Positions 51,598 to 61,125 of a stretch of DNA of 64,000 nt are shown in pieces. Position 1 is the first letter of the stretch, and every line of letters begins with the position of its first letter. The position numbers and the translations under genes were made by a program. The DNA is from Candidatus Eiseniibacteriota bacterium (GTDB lineage: Bacteria > Orphanbacterota > Orphanbacteria > Orphanbacterales > Orphanbacteraceae): positions 1 to 64,000 of the forward strand of contig JBDROZ010000053.1 of the NCBI GenBank assembly GCA_043809585.1. The letters are read 5' to 3'. The notes under the pieces were generated by a model, which was not told the origin of the DNA, made no database searches, and saw only the letters and a list, made by a program, of their open reading frames with translations.

Positions 51598-52164
51598 TTA
51601 GGTGGCGGCCTCGGCGACGCCGCCGGCGACCTTCTCGCCATGGGCGAAGCCGCTGTCGAACGCCTCCAGGTTCAGTCCTTCGCTGCCCGGAGGCACCGAC
51701 TCCTTGATCGCTTCCCGGGCCGCTTCCCGGTCGACGACTCCGGTGACGGCGGCGAGGAAGCCGCACATCACCATGTTCGCGGCGATGCGCCTCCCGAGCT
51801 TCTCCGCGATGCGCGTGGCCGGGACGGCGAAGACCCCCCCTTTCTCCTCCCCCTCGAGGTGCACCAGGTCTTCGTCGACGAGGAGCTTTCCGCCCGGCGC
51901 GAGTTCGCCGTGGAACTTGGAGTACGCCTCTTGGGACATGCAGATCACGACGTCCGGCCTCCGGATATACGGGTAGTCCACCGGATCGTCGGACAAGATG
52001 AGCTGGGCGCTGCAGGCGCTCCCCCGCGCCTCGGGCCCGAAGCTCTGGTTCAGCGTCGCGTGGCGGCCTTCCTTGATCGACACCGCCTTTCCCGTCACGT
52101 AGGCGAGGAAGATGATGCCCTGGCCGCCGAAGCCGGATACCCGGAGTTCCGTCCTCTTACTCAT
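51598..52164 (-). CDS. korC: 2-oxoacid:ferredoxin oxidoreductase gamma subunit
   Basis: SGFGGQG, SFGPEARG; ATGA overlap with the beta gene. Confidence 0.88.
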   Translation of the reverse strand: MSKRTELRVSGFGGQGIIFLAYVTGKAVSIKEGRHATLNQSFGPEARGSACSAQLILSDDPVDYPYIRRPDVVICMSQEAYSKFHGELAPGGKLLVDEDLVHLEGEEKGGVFAVPATRIAEKLGRRIAANMVMCGFLAAVTGVVDREAAREAIKESVPPGSEGLNLEAFDSGFAHGEKVAGGVAEAAT

Positions 52165-53117
52165 GCCTCGCCCCCCCGGTCGATCAAGGCCCGGCGGTCC
52201 GCCGGCCTCATGTAGTACTCCTTGTTCAGGCCGTATTCCTTCCCGAGGGCCCTCTGCATGCTCGCGTCGAGGTTGTCGAGGAAGGTCGGCTTCTCGATGT
52301 CCACGAACTTGCCGAGGGTGATCTTTCCGCCGAAATCGATGTCCACCGACGAGGGATCGGCGCCGTGCCTGATCTCGCTCTTCGTCCGGTAGTACTCGAG
52401 CACGTCGATCGACGTGCCGAGCTTGTTCCGCCTGGTGTAGAGCGTGGGGCAGGGCGCGATCACCTCGACGAAGGAGAATCCCGGCTTCTCCATCGCCTCG
52501 TGGATCGAGTTGGTCAGCCGGCGGACGTGGAGGGAGGTCCACCGGGCGACATAGACGGCGCCGCTCGACGCCGCGAGGCCGGGAAGGTTGAAGGGGTGCT
52601 CGAAATTGCCGTAGGGCGTGGTGGTCGACAGGGCGCCGACCGGCGTGCCCGGGCCGAGCTGGCCGCCCGTCATGGCGTAGTTGAAGTTGTTGATGCAGAC
52701 GATGGTCAGGTCGATGTTCCGCCGGGCGGCGTGGATGAAGTGGTTGCCGCCGATGGCGATCAGGTCGCCGTCGCCGGAGATCACCACAACCTTGAGCCTC
52801 CGGTTGGACAGATGGAGCCCGGTGGCGAAGGGGATCGCCCGGCCGTGGGTCGTGTGGAACGAGTCGAGTTTGACGTATCCCGCCACCCGTCCCGAACAGC
52901 CGATGCCGGAGACGACCGCCACCTTGTCCAGATCGTACGCCCCCTTCTTGAGGGCGTCGACGAAGCAGGTGACCACCGTCCCGATGCCGCATCCGGGGCA
53001 CCAGATGTGGGGAATCCGGTCCATGCGGAGGAACGGCTCCATCGGGTGGTCGAGGGGGGCGGCCGCGCTCTCGCCCGCGCTCGGGGGCGCTTTCGTGGTC
53101 GATCGATCCTCACTCAC
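52161..53117 (-). CDS. korB: 2-oxoacid:ferredoxin oxidoreductase beta subunit
   Basis: WCPGCG, SGIGCSGR, HGRA, SGDGD; GTGA overlap with the alpha gene. Confidence 0.9.
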   Translation of the reverse strand: MSEDRSTTKAPPSAGESAAAPLDHPMEPFLRMDRIPHIWCPGCGIGTVVTCFVDALKKGAYDLDKVAVVSGIGCSGRVAGYVKLDSFHTTHGRAIPFATGLHLSNRRLKVVVISGDGDLIAIGGNHFIHAARRNIDLTIVCINNFNYAMTGGQLGPGTPVGALSTTTPYGNFEHPFNLPGLAASSGAVYVARWTSLHVRRLTNSIHEAMEKPGFSFVEVIAPCPTLYTRRNKLGTSIDVLEYYRTKSEIRHGADPSSVDIDFGGKITLGKFVDIEKPTFLDNLDASMQRALGKEYGLNKEYYMRPADRRALIDRGGEA

Positions 53118-54334
53118 GATGCCTTCTCCTTCCGCGGCCGCTTCTTGCCCGTCGCCGTCGCGGCTTTCTTCGCCTTTCCCTTCGCTCCCCCCTTGATGGC
53201 GTCGTAGATTCGTTCCGGGTCGTGCACCCATCCGCCGGCATGGCTGACCGGAATCACCGCCGCCCGTCCCCCCGCGTTCCTCTCCACCTCGAGGACGATC
53301 TGGCCGAGGTTGATCTCGGGCACCACGAATGCGTTCACTTTCGGGGCCAGGTCGCGGATCAGCCTCTCGGGGAACGGCCAGACCGTGACGAGCCGGATCT
53401 CGCCCACCTTGTATCCGTCGGCGAGGGCGGCGTCGATGGCGGCCCGGGCGACCCGGGAAGTGATTCCGTAGCTAATCACGACGACGTCGGCGCCGTCCAG
53501 ACGGGCCGTTTCGACGTCGATGATCTTGTCCGCGTTGTCGTCGATCTTCGACCGGAGACGGCGCACGAGCTTGTCCTGGACCTCCGCCGTCATGACCGGG
53601 TAACCCCGCTCGTCGTGGGTGAGGCCGGTGGTGTGGATCTTGTACCCCTCGCCGGCCATGATCATGTCCGGGACCTGATCCCCGTTGGTGGCGTAGGGCA
53701 GGTACTCGCCCGGCGGGAGGGAGGTGATCCGCCGCGGGACGATCTCGATTTCGTCCGCGCTCGGGATGACCACCTTCTCCGTCATGTGGCCGACGCACTC
53801 GTCCATCATCACGAGGACCGGGACGCGCCATGTCTCGGACAGGTTGAACGCCTGGATCGTGCGGTCGAAGCACTCCTGGGGGGAGTTCGGGGCGAGGGCG
53901 ATGATGCTGTAGTCTCCGTGGGATCCCCAGCGGGCCTGCATCATGTCCTGCTGGCCCACCATGGTCGGAAGGCCGGTGGACGGACCGCCCCGCTGAACGT
54001 TCACCAGGACGCAGGGGACCTCCATCATGATGCCGAGCCCGAGGTTCTCCATCATCAGGGAGAAGCCGGGTCCGGACGTGCACGTCATGGCCTTGACCCC
54101 TCCCCAGGCGGCGCCGAGGATCGCGGCCATGGAGGCCATCTCGTCTTCCATCTGGATGAACACGCCCCCCACCTTGGGGAAGCGCCGCGCGATCCGCTCG
54201 GCGATCTCCGTGGACGGAGTGATGGGATAGCCCGCGAAGAACCGGCAGCCCGCGGCGAGTCCGCCTTCGGAGGCGGCATGGTCGCCGTCGAGGTAGTGGG
54301 CGCCGGTGAGGACTCCTTCCGGGGCGGCGGTCAT
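53114..54334 (-). CDS. korA: 2-oxoacid:ferredoxin oxidoreductase alpha subunit
   Basis: AGYPITPSTE, MEDE, TSGPG, QRGGPSTGLPT. Confidence 0.92.
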   Translation of the reverse strand: MTAAPEGVLTGAHYLDGDHAASEGGLAAGCRFFAGYPITPSTEIAERIARRFPKVGGVFIQMEDEMASMAAILGAAWGGVKAMTCTSGPGFSLMMENLGLGIMMEVPCVLVNVQRGGPSTGLPTMVGQQDMMQARWGSHGDYSIIALAPNSPQECFDRTIQAFNLSETWRVPVLVMMDECVGHMTEKVVIPSADEIEIVPRRITSLPPGEYLPYATNGDQVPDMIMAGEGYKIHTTGLTHDERGYPVMTAEVQDKLVRRLRSKIDDNADKIIDVETARLDGADVVVISYGITSRVARAAIDAALADGYKVGEIRLVTVWPFPERLIRDLAPKVNAFVVPEINLGQIVLEVERNAGGRAAVIPVSHAGGWVHDPERIYDAIKGGAKGKAKKAATATGKKRPRKEKAS

Positions 54335-54663
54335 GTGAGTATCTCCTCTCCCGCCGCGCCGGGAATCGCGGAGGTCGCCCCGACCGGGGCCTTCTCGGTG
54401 ATGAATATGGCGAACTCGGGGCAGATCACTTCACATAGGTGGCAGGCGACGCAGGTGCCGGGCTTCGTCGTCTCGGGGGGATGATATCCTTTGAGGTTGA
54501 ACTGGGCGGACAATCGAAGCACGCCCAGGGGGCAGTACTCGACGCAGTAGGCACAGCCCTTACATCGCTCGGTGAGGATGTGAATGTCGCCTTGGGATCG
54601 CGTAACGTGTTGATCGTCGAGAGGTGTACGCCAATAACGTTTCGTCTCCAAGTCGCCCGTCAT
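54331..54663 (-). CDS. korD: 2[4Fe-4S] ferredoxin, delta subunit
   Basis: CKGCAYCVEYCP and CVACHLCEVICP. Confidence 0.88.
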   Translation of the reverse strand: MTGDLETKRYWRTPLDDQHVTRSQGDIHILTERCKGCAYCVEYCPLGVLRLSAQFNLKGYHPPETTKPGTCVACHLCEVICPEFAIFITEKAPVGATSAIPGAAGEEILT

Positions 54664-54701
54664 AGCTGTGGCCTCCGAGTCTTGAGCGGGCGTGGTGGAC
54701 T

Positions 54702-55295
54702 TTACGGCTTAGTCGTCCTCCGCGCCTGCTCATAGGGACAACGCCCGGTCACCCCGTGGACGGGGCAACCGTCTTCATAGAAGGCCCCGCAGCGCAGACA
54801 GCCGCGGCCACCTTGCTCCTCTATGTCGATCAATGTTGTGACGAACTTGGTGAGGAGCCGGGCGAACTCCTCTCGTTCTTCTTCGCTGAACGTCTCGAGC
54901 ACCGGGCGGAGGCCGGTCGCCCGCCGCTCTTCGTAGCGGCGGACGAGGTCGCGCCCTTTCGCGGTGATCTTCAGGCAGGTGTTCCTCCTGTCCTTTTCGG
55001 GCGTCACCCGCCTGAGAAGATCGAGACGGGCGAGTTTGTCGACGTTCTTAGAGGCGGCAGGCGCGCTCACCCCGAGAAAATCGGCCACCTCGCCGACGAA
55101 GTGATCCCCGTTCATGTCGATCAACTTGAGAAGATGGATCTGCGAGAGGGAGAGAGGAGCGGGAGCGGTCTCGCGGAGATACCGGGACTCGAGAATGTCC
55201 CGGACGGCGTTGGCGAAGACGTGGCTGATCTTCAGGATACGCTGGGCTACGGGGCCGCCGTCGCCGTTGGTCGGGCCGTGGGTAGGTTGGATCAT
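54702..55295 (-). CDS. MarR family regulator with C-terminal four-Cys motif
   Basis: VADFLGVSAPAASKNVDKL...DRR...IT.KG; CLRC-x7-C-x8-CPY tail. Confidence 0.85.
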   Translation of the reverse strand: MIQPTHGPTNGDGGPVAQRILKISHVFANAVRDILESRYLRETAPAPLSLSQIHLLKLIDMNGDHFVGEVADFLGVSAPAASKNVDKLARLDLLRRVTPEKDRRNTCLKITAKGRDLVRRYEERRATGLRPVLETFSEEEREEFARLLTKFVTTLIDIEEQGGRGCLRCGAFYEDGCPVHGVTGRCPYEQARRTTKP

Positions 55296-55616
55296 GGCCA
55301 CTCTCCGAATTAGAGTTGCTTTCGAACGTCCCATTTATACCATGGAGACATTGGTGAATCCACTTAAAAATTAACCCGATTAAGAAGAAATGGCAGTGAT
55401 TGTGCTGCTGATTGTTTCGAATAATATTAGAAGTAGGTTCAAACCTGCCGGAGGCAATCGATTATGCCGGCTCTTCCTATCGCCGGGATCACGCAAGTCC
55501 CGCCCGGTCTCGGGAGTTGACACCCATTCGTTCCGTTTCTATTCTAGTGGGACGGCTCCACCGCCGGGGCGGCCCGGCTCTTTTTCGCCCCCCTTCCCGG
55601 GGGGGAGGAGGATACG

Positions 55617-58600
55617 TTGCCCCGTCTGCTCGATACCTTTGCGATGCTGGGGGTTCTCTTTGTTCTGGCCGCGCCGGATCGGGGATCCGGGGCGGTTCCC
55701 GCTCCGCCCCTTCCGGGGGTCTCCGGGGTGCGGGGGTTCCCGGCGGCGGGCCCCCCCTCGCCGCGGGCGGACAAGAGGTTCGACCCGTCGGCGGCGGCGG
55801 ACACGTTCCGGGTCGTCGCGCTTCTCGTCCAGTTCCCCCCCGACGACGATCCGTCGACCACGGGGAACGGCCTTTTCGGCGACGTGCCCGACGCGAACGA
55901 AGTGGTCTTCGGCGATTCTTACCCCGAGCTGCTGGAGATCCCCCGGGATCCGGAGTACTTCCGCGAGCAACTCCGCTATCTCTCCCAGTACTGGAGCGTG
56001 GTCTCCGGCGGCCGCCTCGAGATCGTCGCCACCGTTCCGGAGACGGTCTTCACCGCCCCCGAACCGATGGCGTATTACGGAGAGAACGAAGAGGCGAGCC
56101 GCCGGCAGTCGGCCCTCTTCCGGGACGCCGTCCGGCTCGCCGACGGGGCGGTCGACTTCGCCGACTTCGACGGTGTCTTCGTCTACCACGCCGGCTGCGG
56201 CGAGGAGACGGATGTTCTCGGCGATTCACCCGGCGACATCTGGACCGCCTTCCTGACCCGCGCCGACTTCGTTGACGCCTTCGCCGATTCGGGTTTCGAG
56301 GAGGCCTACCGGGGTATCCCGACCGGCGACACCGACGAGGGGGGGGACACGCTCTTCCTGACCGAAGGCGTCGTGTTTCCCGAGAGCGAGACCCAGGACG
56401 AGATCGGCGGGTCGATTCTCGCCCAGTGGATTCTCGGCGTCTCGGCCCACATGACCGGCCGCCTTCTCGGCGCCCCTTCTCTCTTCGACACGGACCTCCG
56501 CGACGGCTCCTCATCTCAAGGCATCGGCAACTTCGGCATCATGGGGACCGGGCTCTGGAACTCGGGCGGCATCCTTCCTCCGCACCCCTGCCCGTGGACC
56601 AAGATCTTCTTCGGATGGACCGAGCCTCTGACCGTGACGAGGGACACGACGATCGCGCTTCCCCCCGTGGAGAAGGGGGACTCGTCTCCGAGGATCGTGA
56701 AGGTCCCGATCACCGAGACCGAGTACTGGCTGATCGAGAACCGGGCGAAGGACGAGAACGGCGACGGCGACTTCAATTTCGACGACAAGAACGGGGACAA
56801 CGTGCTCTATCCCTTCGAAGACTCGTACGAAGGGGCCGAGTTCGACTGGTCTCTGCCGAGCGAGGGGAGCATCGAGGGGGCGGGCATCCTCATCTGGCAC
56901 GTGGACGAGTCGGTGATCGCCGCGTCGGGTGACTTCCGGGAGCGGAACACGGTGAACGCCGACGCCTCGTGGAAGGGGGTCGACCTCGAGGAGGCGGACG
57001 GGATCCAGGACCTCGATCTCCGGGCGACGTCCTTCGACAACTTCGGCTCGCCCCTCGACAGTTGGACCTCCTCGAACGGCGGCGTCTTCGGGCCCGCCAC
57101 CACCCCCTCCACGATGTCGAACTTCGGCGCGGCGACGGGCGTCACGATCACGGTCGAGTCGGAGCCGGGAAGTCTCATGACCGTGTCGATCGACTTCGAT
57201 GACGGCCGCCCGGACGGATGGCCGGTGATCGGCCCCCGGGGGAGACGATTGATCGGACCGGTCGCGCCCGCCAAGGCCGGGGATCTCGGTCTCTTCGGCT
57301 TCGCCTTCGCCTCCTTCGATTCGATGGAGGGCTTGAGCCGTCTCGGAGTGATCGGCGCGGACGGCGCGCCGTGGCCCGGCTTCCCCGTGGATCTCCCCGG
57401 CAGGCCTTCGTTCGGGCCGGCCGCCCATCGGGCGGCCCCCGACGGCCCCCTCGCCCTTCTCGTCCCGATGGAGGACGGCGGCGTTCTCCGGGTCTTCTCC
57501 GACGGGGCGATCGACACCACCGGCGCATGGGGCGATCCGGTTCCGGGCGCGTCGGGTTCCTTCCTTTCGGCCTCTCCCGGGGGGGGCGCGGCCTTCTCCC
57601 TCGTGGAGGTGGATGGTACGACTCGGGTCTATCTCTACGACGGCTTCGCGGGGGGCGTGCGGACCCTCCTCGCCGAAACGGAAGGGGCCGCGGTGGGCCC
57701 GGCGGCGATCACGTCCTATGGGAGCGCGGTCTTCGCCACCGGCGCTTCGAGGGTGTTCGAGGTCAGGGGTTCGGAAGTGATCTGGGAGGGGAGCACCCGT
57801 GAAGAACCGGTGGCCCTCGCCATCGGCGACGCCCCCCGCGGCGGGCCCGCGGACGACGAAGTCGATCTTTGGGAGACGGTGGTCTCCACGGGGGGCGGTC
57901 TGGAGATTTTCGACTCCCGGGGCTCTCCGGTCCCGATCGCCGTCGCCGGCCTCTCGGGGCCCGCCGGTCCCTCCGCCCTGGCCGATCTCGACCGGGACGG
58001 GTTCGCCGAGTACCTCGCCGGGAGCCCGGGCCGGATGAACGCCATCAACCGGACGGGGGCCCCGTCCACGGACTGGCCGATCCGTCTCGCCGGCGGCCCG
58101 CCGTCGCACCCTCTCGACCGGGCCGAGGGTTCGCCCGCCGTCGCCGATTTCGACGGCGACGGGGAATCGGATGTCGCGTTCCTGACCGAACACGGAAGCC
58201 TCTGGATCGTGGATGCCGGCGGCGTCCCCTGGCCGGGGTTCCCGGCGGCGGCCCCGGGGAGAAACCGGTACGGCCTCCTCGCGGGAACCACCCTCTCCGG
58301 CGACAGCACGTATCTCCTCCTTCCCGGCGAAGGGGGAAACCTCGATCTCCGGGTCTGGCCGACGCCGGGGGGCGCGCGGGTCGATTGGGCGGGGTACGGG
58401 AACGGGGCGGGATTCGCGGGGCGCTATCTCGGATCCTCCGACACCCCGTCGCCGGGCCCTTCGCTTCTCGCTCCGGACGAGACCTTCTGCTACCCGAACC
58501 CGGTCCGGGGGGAGGGGCTCGTGAAGATCCACTTCCGCCTGACCGAGGCGGCGGAAGTGAGCGTATCGATCTACCACACCGCCGGGGGAGTGGTCGAGGA

Positions 58601-58748
58601 GTTCCCCCGGGCTCTCTTCCCCGCCGAAACGGGCGAGGTCGTCTGGGACACGCGGGAGACGGGAAGCGGGGTCTACTACGCCCGGATCGAGGCCCGCTCC
58701 GCTACCCGGGAAGAGGTCCGGTTCGTCCCGATCGCCGTGCTACGCTGA
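55617..58748 (+). CDS. M6/immune-inhibitor-A-like domain, FG-GAP repeats and T9SS-like CTD; zinc motif degenerate
   Basis: YHAG.GEE, IMGTGLWN, CPWTK..FGW, EYWLIENR, GILIWHVD; HMTGR in place of HExGH; YPNP...SGVY tail. Confidence 0.78.
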   Translation: MPRLLDTFAMLGVLFVLAAPDRGSGAVPAPPLPGVSGVRGFPAAGPPSPRADKRFDPSAAADTFRVVALLVQFPPDDDPSTTGNGLFGDVPDANEVVFGDSYPELLEIPRDPEYFREQLRYLSQYWSVVSGGRLEIVATVPETVFTAPEPMAYYGENEEASRRQSALFRDAVRLADGAVDFADFDGVFVYHAGCGEETDVLGDSPGDIWTAFLTRADFVDAFADSGFEEAYRGIPTGDTDEGGDTLFLTEGVVFPESETQDEIGGSILAQWILGVSAHMTGRLLGAPSLFDTDLRDGSSSQGIGNFGIMGTGLWNSGGILPPHPCPWTKIFFGWTEPLTVTRDTTIALPPVEKGDSSPRIVKVPITETEYWLIENRAKDENGDGDFNFDDKNGDNVLYPFEDSYEGAEFDWSLPSEGSIEGAGILIWHVDESVIAASGDFRERNTVNADASWKGVDLEEADGIQDLDLRATSFDNFGSPLDSWTSSNGGVFGPATTPSTMSNFGAATGVTITVESEPGSLMTVSIDFDDGRPDGWPVIGPRGRRLIGPVAPAKAGDLGLFGFAFASFDSMEGLSRLGVIGADGAPWPGFPVDLPGRPSFGPAAHRAAPDGPLALLVPMEDGGVLRVFSDGAIDTTGAWGDPVPGASGSFLSASPGGGAAFSLVEVDGTTRVYLYDGFAGGVRTLLAETEGAAVGPAAITSYGSAVFATGASRVFEVRGSEVIWEGSTREEPVALAIGDAPRGGPADDEVDLWETVVSTGGGLEIFDSRGSPVPIAVAGLSGPAGPSALADLDRDGFAEYLAGSPGRMNAINRTGAPSTDWPIRLAGGPPSHPLDRAEGSPAVADFDGDGESDVAFLTEHGSLWIVDAGGVPWPGFPAAAPGRNRYGLLAGTTLSGDSTYLLLPGEGGNLDLRVWPTPGGARVDWAGYGNGAGFAGRYLGSSDTPSPGPSLLAPDETFCYPNPVRGEGLVKIHFRLTEAAEVSVSIYHTAGGVVEEFPRALFPAETGEVVWDTRETGSGVYYARIEARSATREEVRFVPIAVLR

Positions 58749-58865
58749 TCTAATCCAAGCGGCGCGGCGCCCCTTGTGGAGAATTGGAAAGAAATGTACG
58801 ATACTTCCCACGAAGGCTACCGTCCGGCGATTCCCCGCCGGGATTCCCCGAGTGAGGTTCATCGA

Positions 58866-59780
58866 ATGAAATCGGTTTTCGCGGCGACTTGTCTTCTTCT
58901 CCTTCTCGCCGGATTCGCCCTCGGGGCGCCCACCGGGCTCCACTCGCTGCTGATCGACCCGGGTGTGGTCGCCTCCGGCATGGGTCACGCCTATACCGCC
59001 GTGGCCGACGATCCGAGCGCCCTCTACTGGAATCCGGCCGGGCTCACTCGGGGGGCCCTCGGGTACGACCTCCTGCTCTCCCATACCGAGTGGTTCGTGG
59101 ATCACCGGATGGAGTACGCCGCGGTCACCCGGAACCGGGGGGGCGACGCTTTCGGCGCGAGCATCAGCGGGTTCTACGTCGGCGGGATCGAACGGCGCGA
59201 GGACTTTCCGACCTCCGAGCCGTTCGGCGATTTCGGCTCGTACGATCTGGTCGTCTCCGTCGCCTACGCCCGCGTGTTCGGGCCGGCCCGGGCTGGACTG
59301 ACGGCGAAGCCCTTCTACAGCAAGATCGACCGGGAGAGCGCCCACGGCGTGGCGTTCGACCTCGGCGCGCAGCTCGACACTCCTCTCGAGGGGCTCGTCC
59401 TCGGCGGCGCGGTGGCGAACATCGGAAACAAGCCGAGCTACATCGAGGAGGAGTTCTCCCTTCCGGTCGACCTTCGCGGGGGCGCCGCCTACCGGTTCTC
59501 TTTCGACTCGGGCGCCCTGCCCGGCGAGGTCCTCCTCTCCGGGGAGGTCCGGAAGAGCAGGGACGAGGAGACGCGCACCCACGTGGGCGCGGATCTCCGG
59601 GTGAAGGAGACCGCGTCGATCCGCTTCGGCTACAAGTGGGGATACGAACTGGAGGATTACTCGTTCGGGATCGGCGTGACCCGGGGAAACTTCTCGGCCC
59701 AGTACGCGCTGGTTCCGTTCCAGTCCGACTTCGGCACGGTCCACCGGTTCGGCATCGTCCTGCACCGGGACAAGATCTGA
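58866..59780 (+). CDS. PorV/PorQ-family outer-membrane protein
   Basis: GMGHAYTAVADDPSALYWNPAGL signature. Confidence 0.85.
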   Translation: MKSVFAATCLLLLLAGFALGAPTGLHSLLIDPGVVASGMGHAYTAVADDPSALYWNPAGLTRGALGYDLLLSHTEWFVDHRMEYAAVTRNRGGDAFGASISGFYVGGIERREDFPTSEPFGDFGSYDLVVSVAYARVFGPARAGLTAKPFYSKIDRESAHGVAFDLGAQLDTPLEGLVLGGAVANIGNKPSYIEEEFSLPVDLRGGAAYRFSFDSGALPGEVLLSGEVRKSRDEETRTHVGADLRVKETASIRFGYKWGYELEDYSFGIGVTRGNFSAQYALVPFQSDFGTVHRFGIVLHRDKI

Positions 59781-59781
59781 T

Positions 59782-60549
59782 TCAGTCCTCCCAGCGTTTC
59801 AGCTCGAGCTTCCCTTCCCGGAGCACCGCGTAGGTAAAAGTCTCCATCCAGTCGCCGAGAACCAAACACTCCCCTTCCTCGTAGGTGAAGCGGTCGGCCA
59901 CGTGGATGTGGCCCATCACGATCCCGTCGAAGCCCTCCCGGAGCTTGTCGAGGATCGCGCTTTCGAGGGTGCGGTTCAGTATGAACTTCTTCCGGTTGCT
60001 GTAGCTCCGGCTCCGGTGGGAGGCCCAGCGGGCGAACGGAATCCCGATGTCGGGATGAATCCAATGGTACGCCCGGATGGCCCAGGAACTGCGGACGAGG
60101 CGCCGGAGAAAGCGGTACCCCGGGTCGCGGCCGGCCGTCAGGTCGTCGCCGTGGGTGACGTAGAGCCGCCGCCCCTGGGTCTCGAGGATCACGGACTCCC
60201 GGCGGATTCGGAGGCCGACGGTGCGGCTGAAGAATTCGCCGATCCAGTAGTCATGGTTGCCCGCGAGGTAGACGACCTCGACGCCGCTCCGGACGAGCCC
60301 GGCGAGCCCCGTGAAGATGACCGTGTGTGTCTTCGGGAGCACCTGGGAGTACTCGAACCAGAAGTCGAAGAGATCGCCGACGATGTAGAGCGTGCCGGCT
60401 TCTTTCCGGGCGAGGGCGAGAAAACGGAGAAAACGTTCCACCCGTTCCCGTTCCTTCTCCGATCCCGCCGCGCCGAAGTGGGCGTCGGACACGAAGAAGA
60501 CCACGCCCTCCCGGCCCTCTCCGGCGGCCGATTTCTTCGCTTCCGACAT
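59782..60549 (-). CDS. lpxH: UDP-2,3-diacylglucosamine hydrolase
   Basis: SDAHFG, GDLFDFW, GNHD, HGD, MGHIH, LGDW. Confidence 0.85.
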   Translation of the reverse strand: MSEAKKSAAGEGREGVVFFVSDAHFGAAGSEKERERVERFLRFLALARKEAGTLYIVGDLFDFWFEYSQVLPKTHTVIFTGLAGLVRSGVEVVYLAGNHDYWIGEFFSRTVGLRIRRESVILETQGRRLYVTHGDDLTAGRDPGYRFLRRLVRSSWAIRAYHWIHPDIGIPFARWASHRSRSYSNRKKFILNRTLESAILDKLREGFDGIVMGHIHVADRFTYEEGECLVLGDWMETFTYAVLREGKLELKRWED

Positions 60550-60657
60550 GGCTGGCATGGTAGCATTCGCCCGGAAGCCGGGCAAGAGAATCGCCCGGCG
60601 CCCGCCGGTGCGAGGATGAGCGGATTCTCGAATCCGCGGTGGAGAGGAGAAGAGGCG

Positions 60658-61122
60658 ATGGAAGAGCGCAAGGAGACGGAAGATGCGCGGGAGACCGCAG
60701 GGGAAAGAGGCACCGGCAAGGCCGGGCCGGGCGAAGGAGCGCCAGGGGCCGGCGACCACACGTTTTCGGGTGATCCCTACCGAGAGGATCCCGGACTCTG
60801 GGACAAGGTGAGGCGCGGGGCGGTGGAGGGGTATCACTTCGCCGCCGACAAGACGGATCTCTATGCCCGCGTGGCGAGCCGGCGGATGAGCATCCTCGGC
60901 TTGAATCGGAAGATCGACCACGCTTACGCGGAGCTGGGCGAGAAGACCTATAACCTCCTCGCCGCGGACGAGAACGCGGCGGTGGCGGCGGATACGGCGG
61001 TGCGGGAACTCGTCGGGCGGATCCGGGCCTCCGAGGAAGAGATGACGCTGAAGGAGGCGGAAATCGAAGAGATCCGCCAGGAGTACCGGGAACGCGCCGC
61101 CGCGGCGAAGGAAGAGGAGTAA
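60658..61122 (+). CDS. Hypothetical coiled-coil protein
   Basis: RBS-like aggaga; helical C-terminal half; directly upstream of the protease. Confidence 0.6.
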   Translation: MEERKETEDARETAGERGTGKAGPGEGAPGAGDHTFSGDPYREDPGLWDKVRRGAVEGYHFAADKTDLYARVASRRMSILGLNRKIDHAYAELGEKTYNLLAADENAAVAADTAVRELVGRIRASEEEMTLKEAEIEEIRQEYRERAAAAKEEE

Positions 61123-61125
61123 GGG

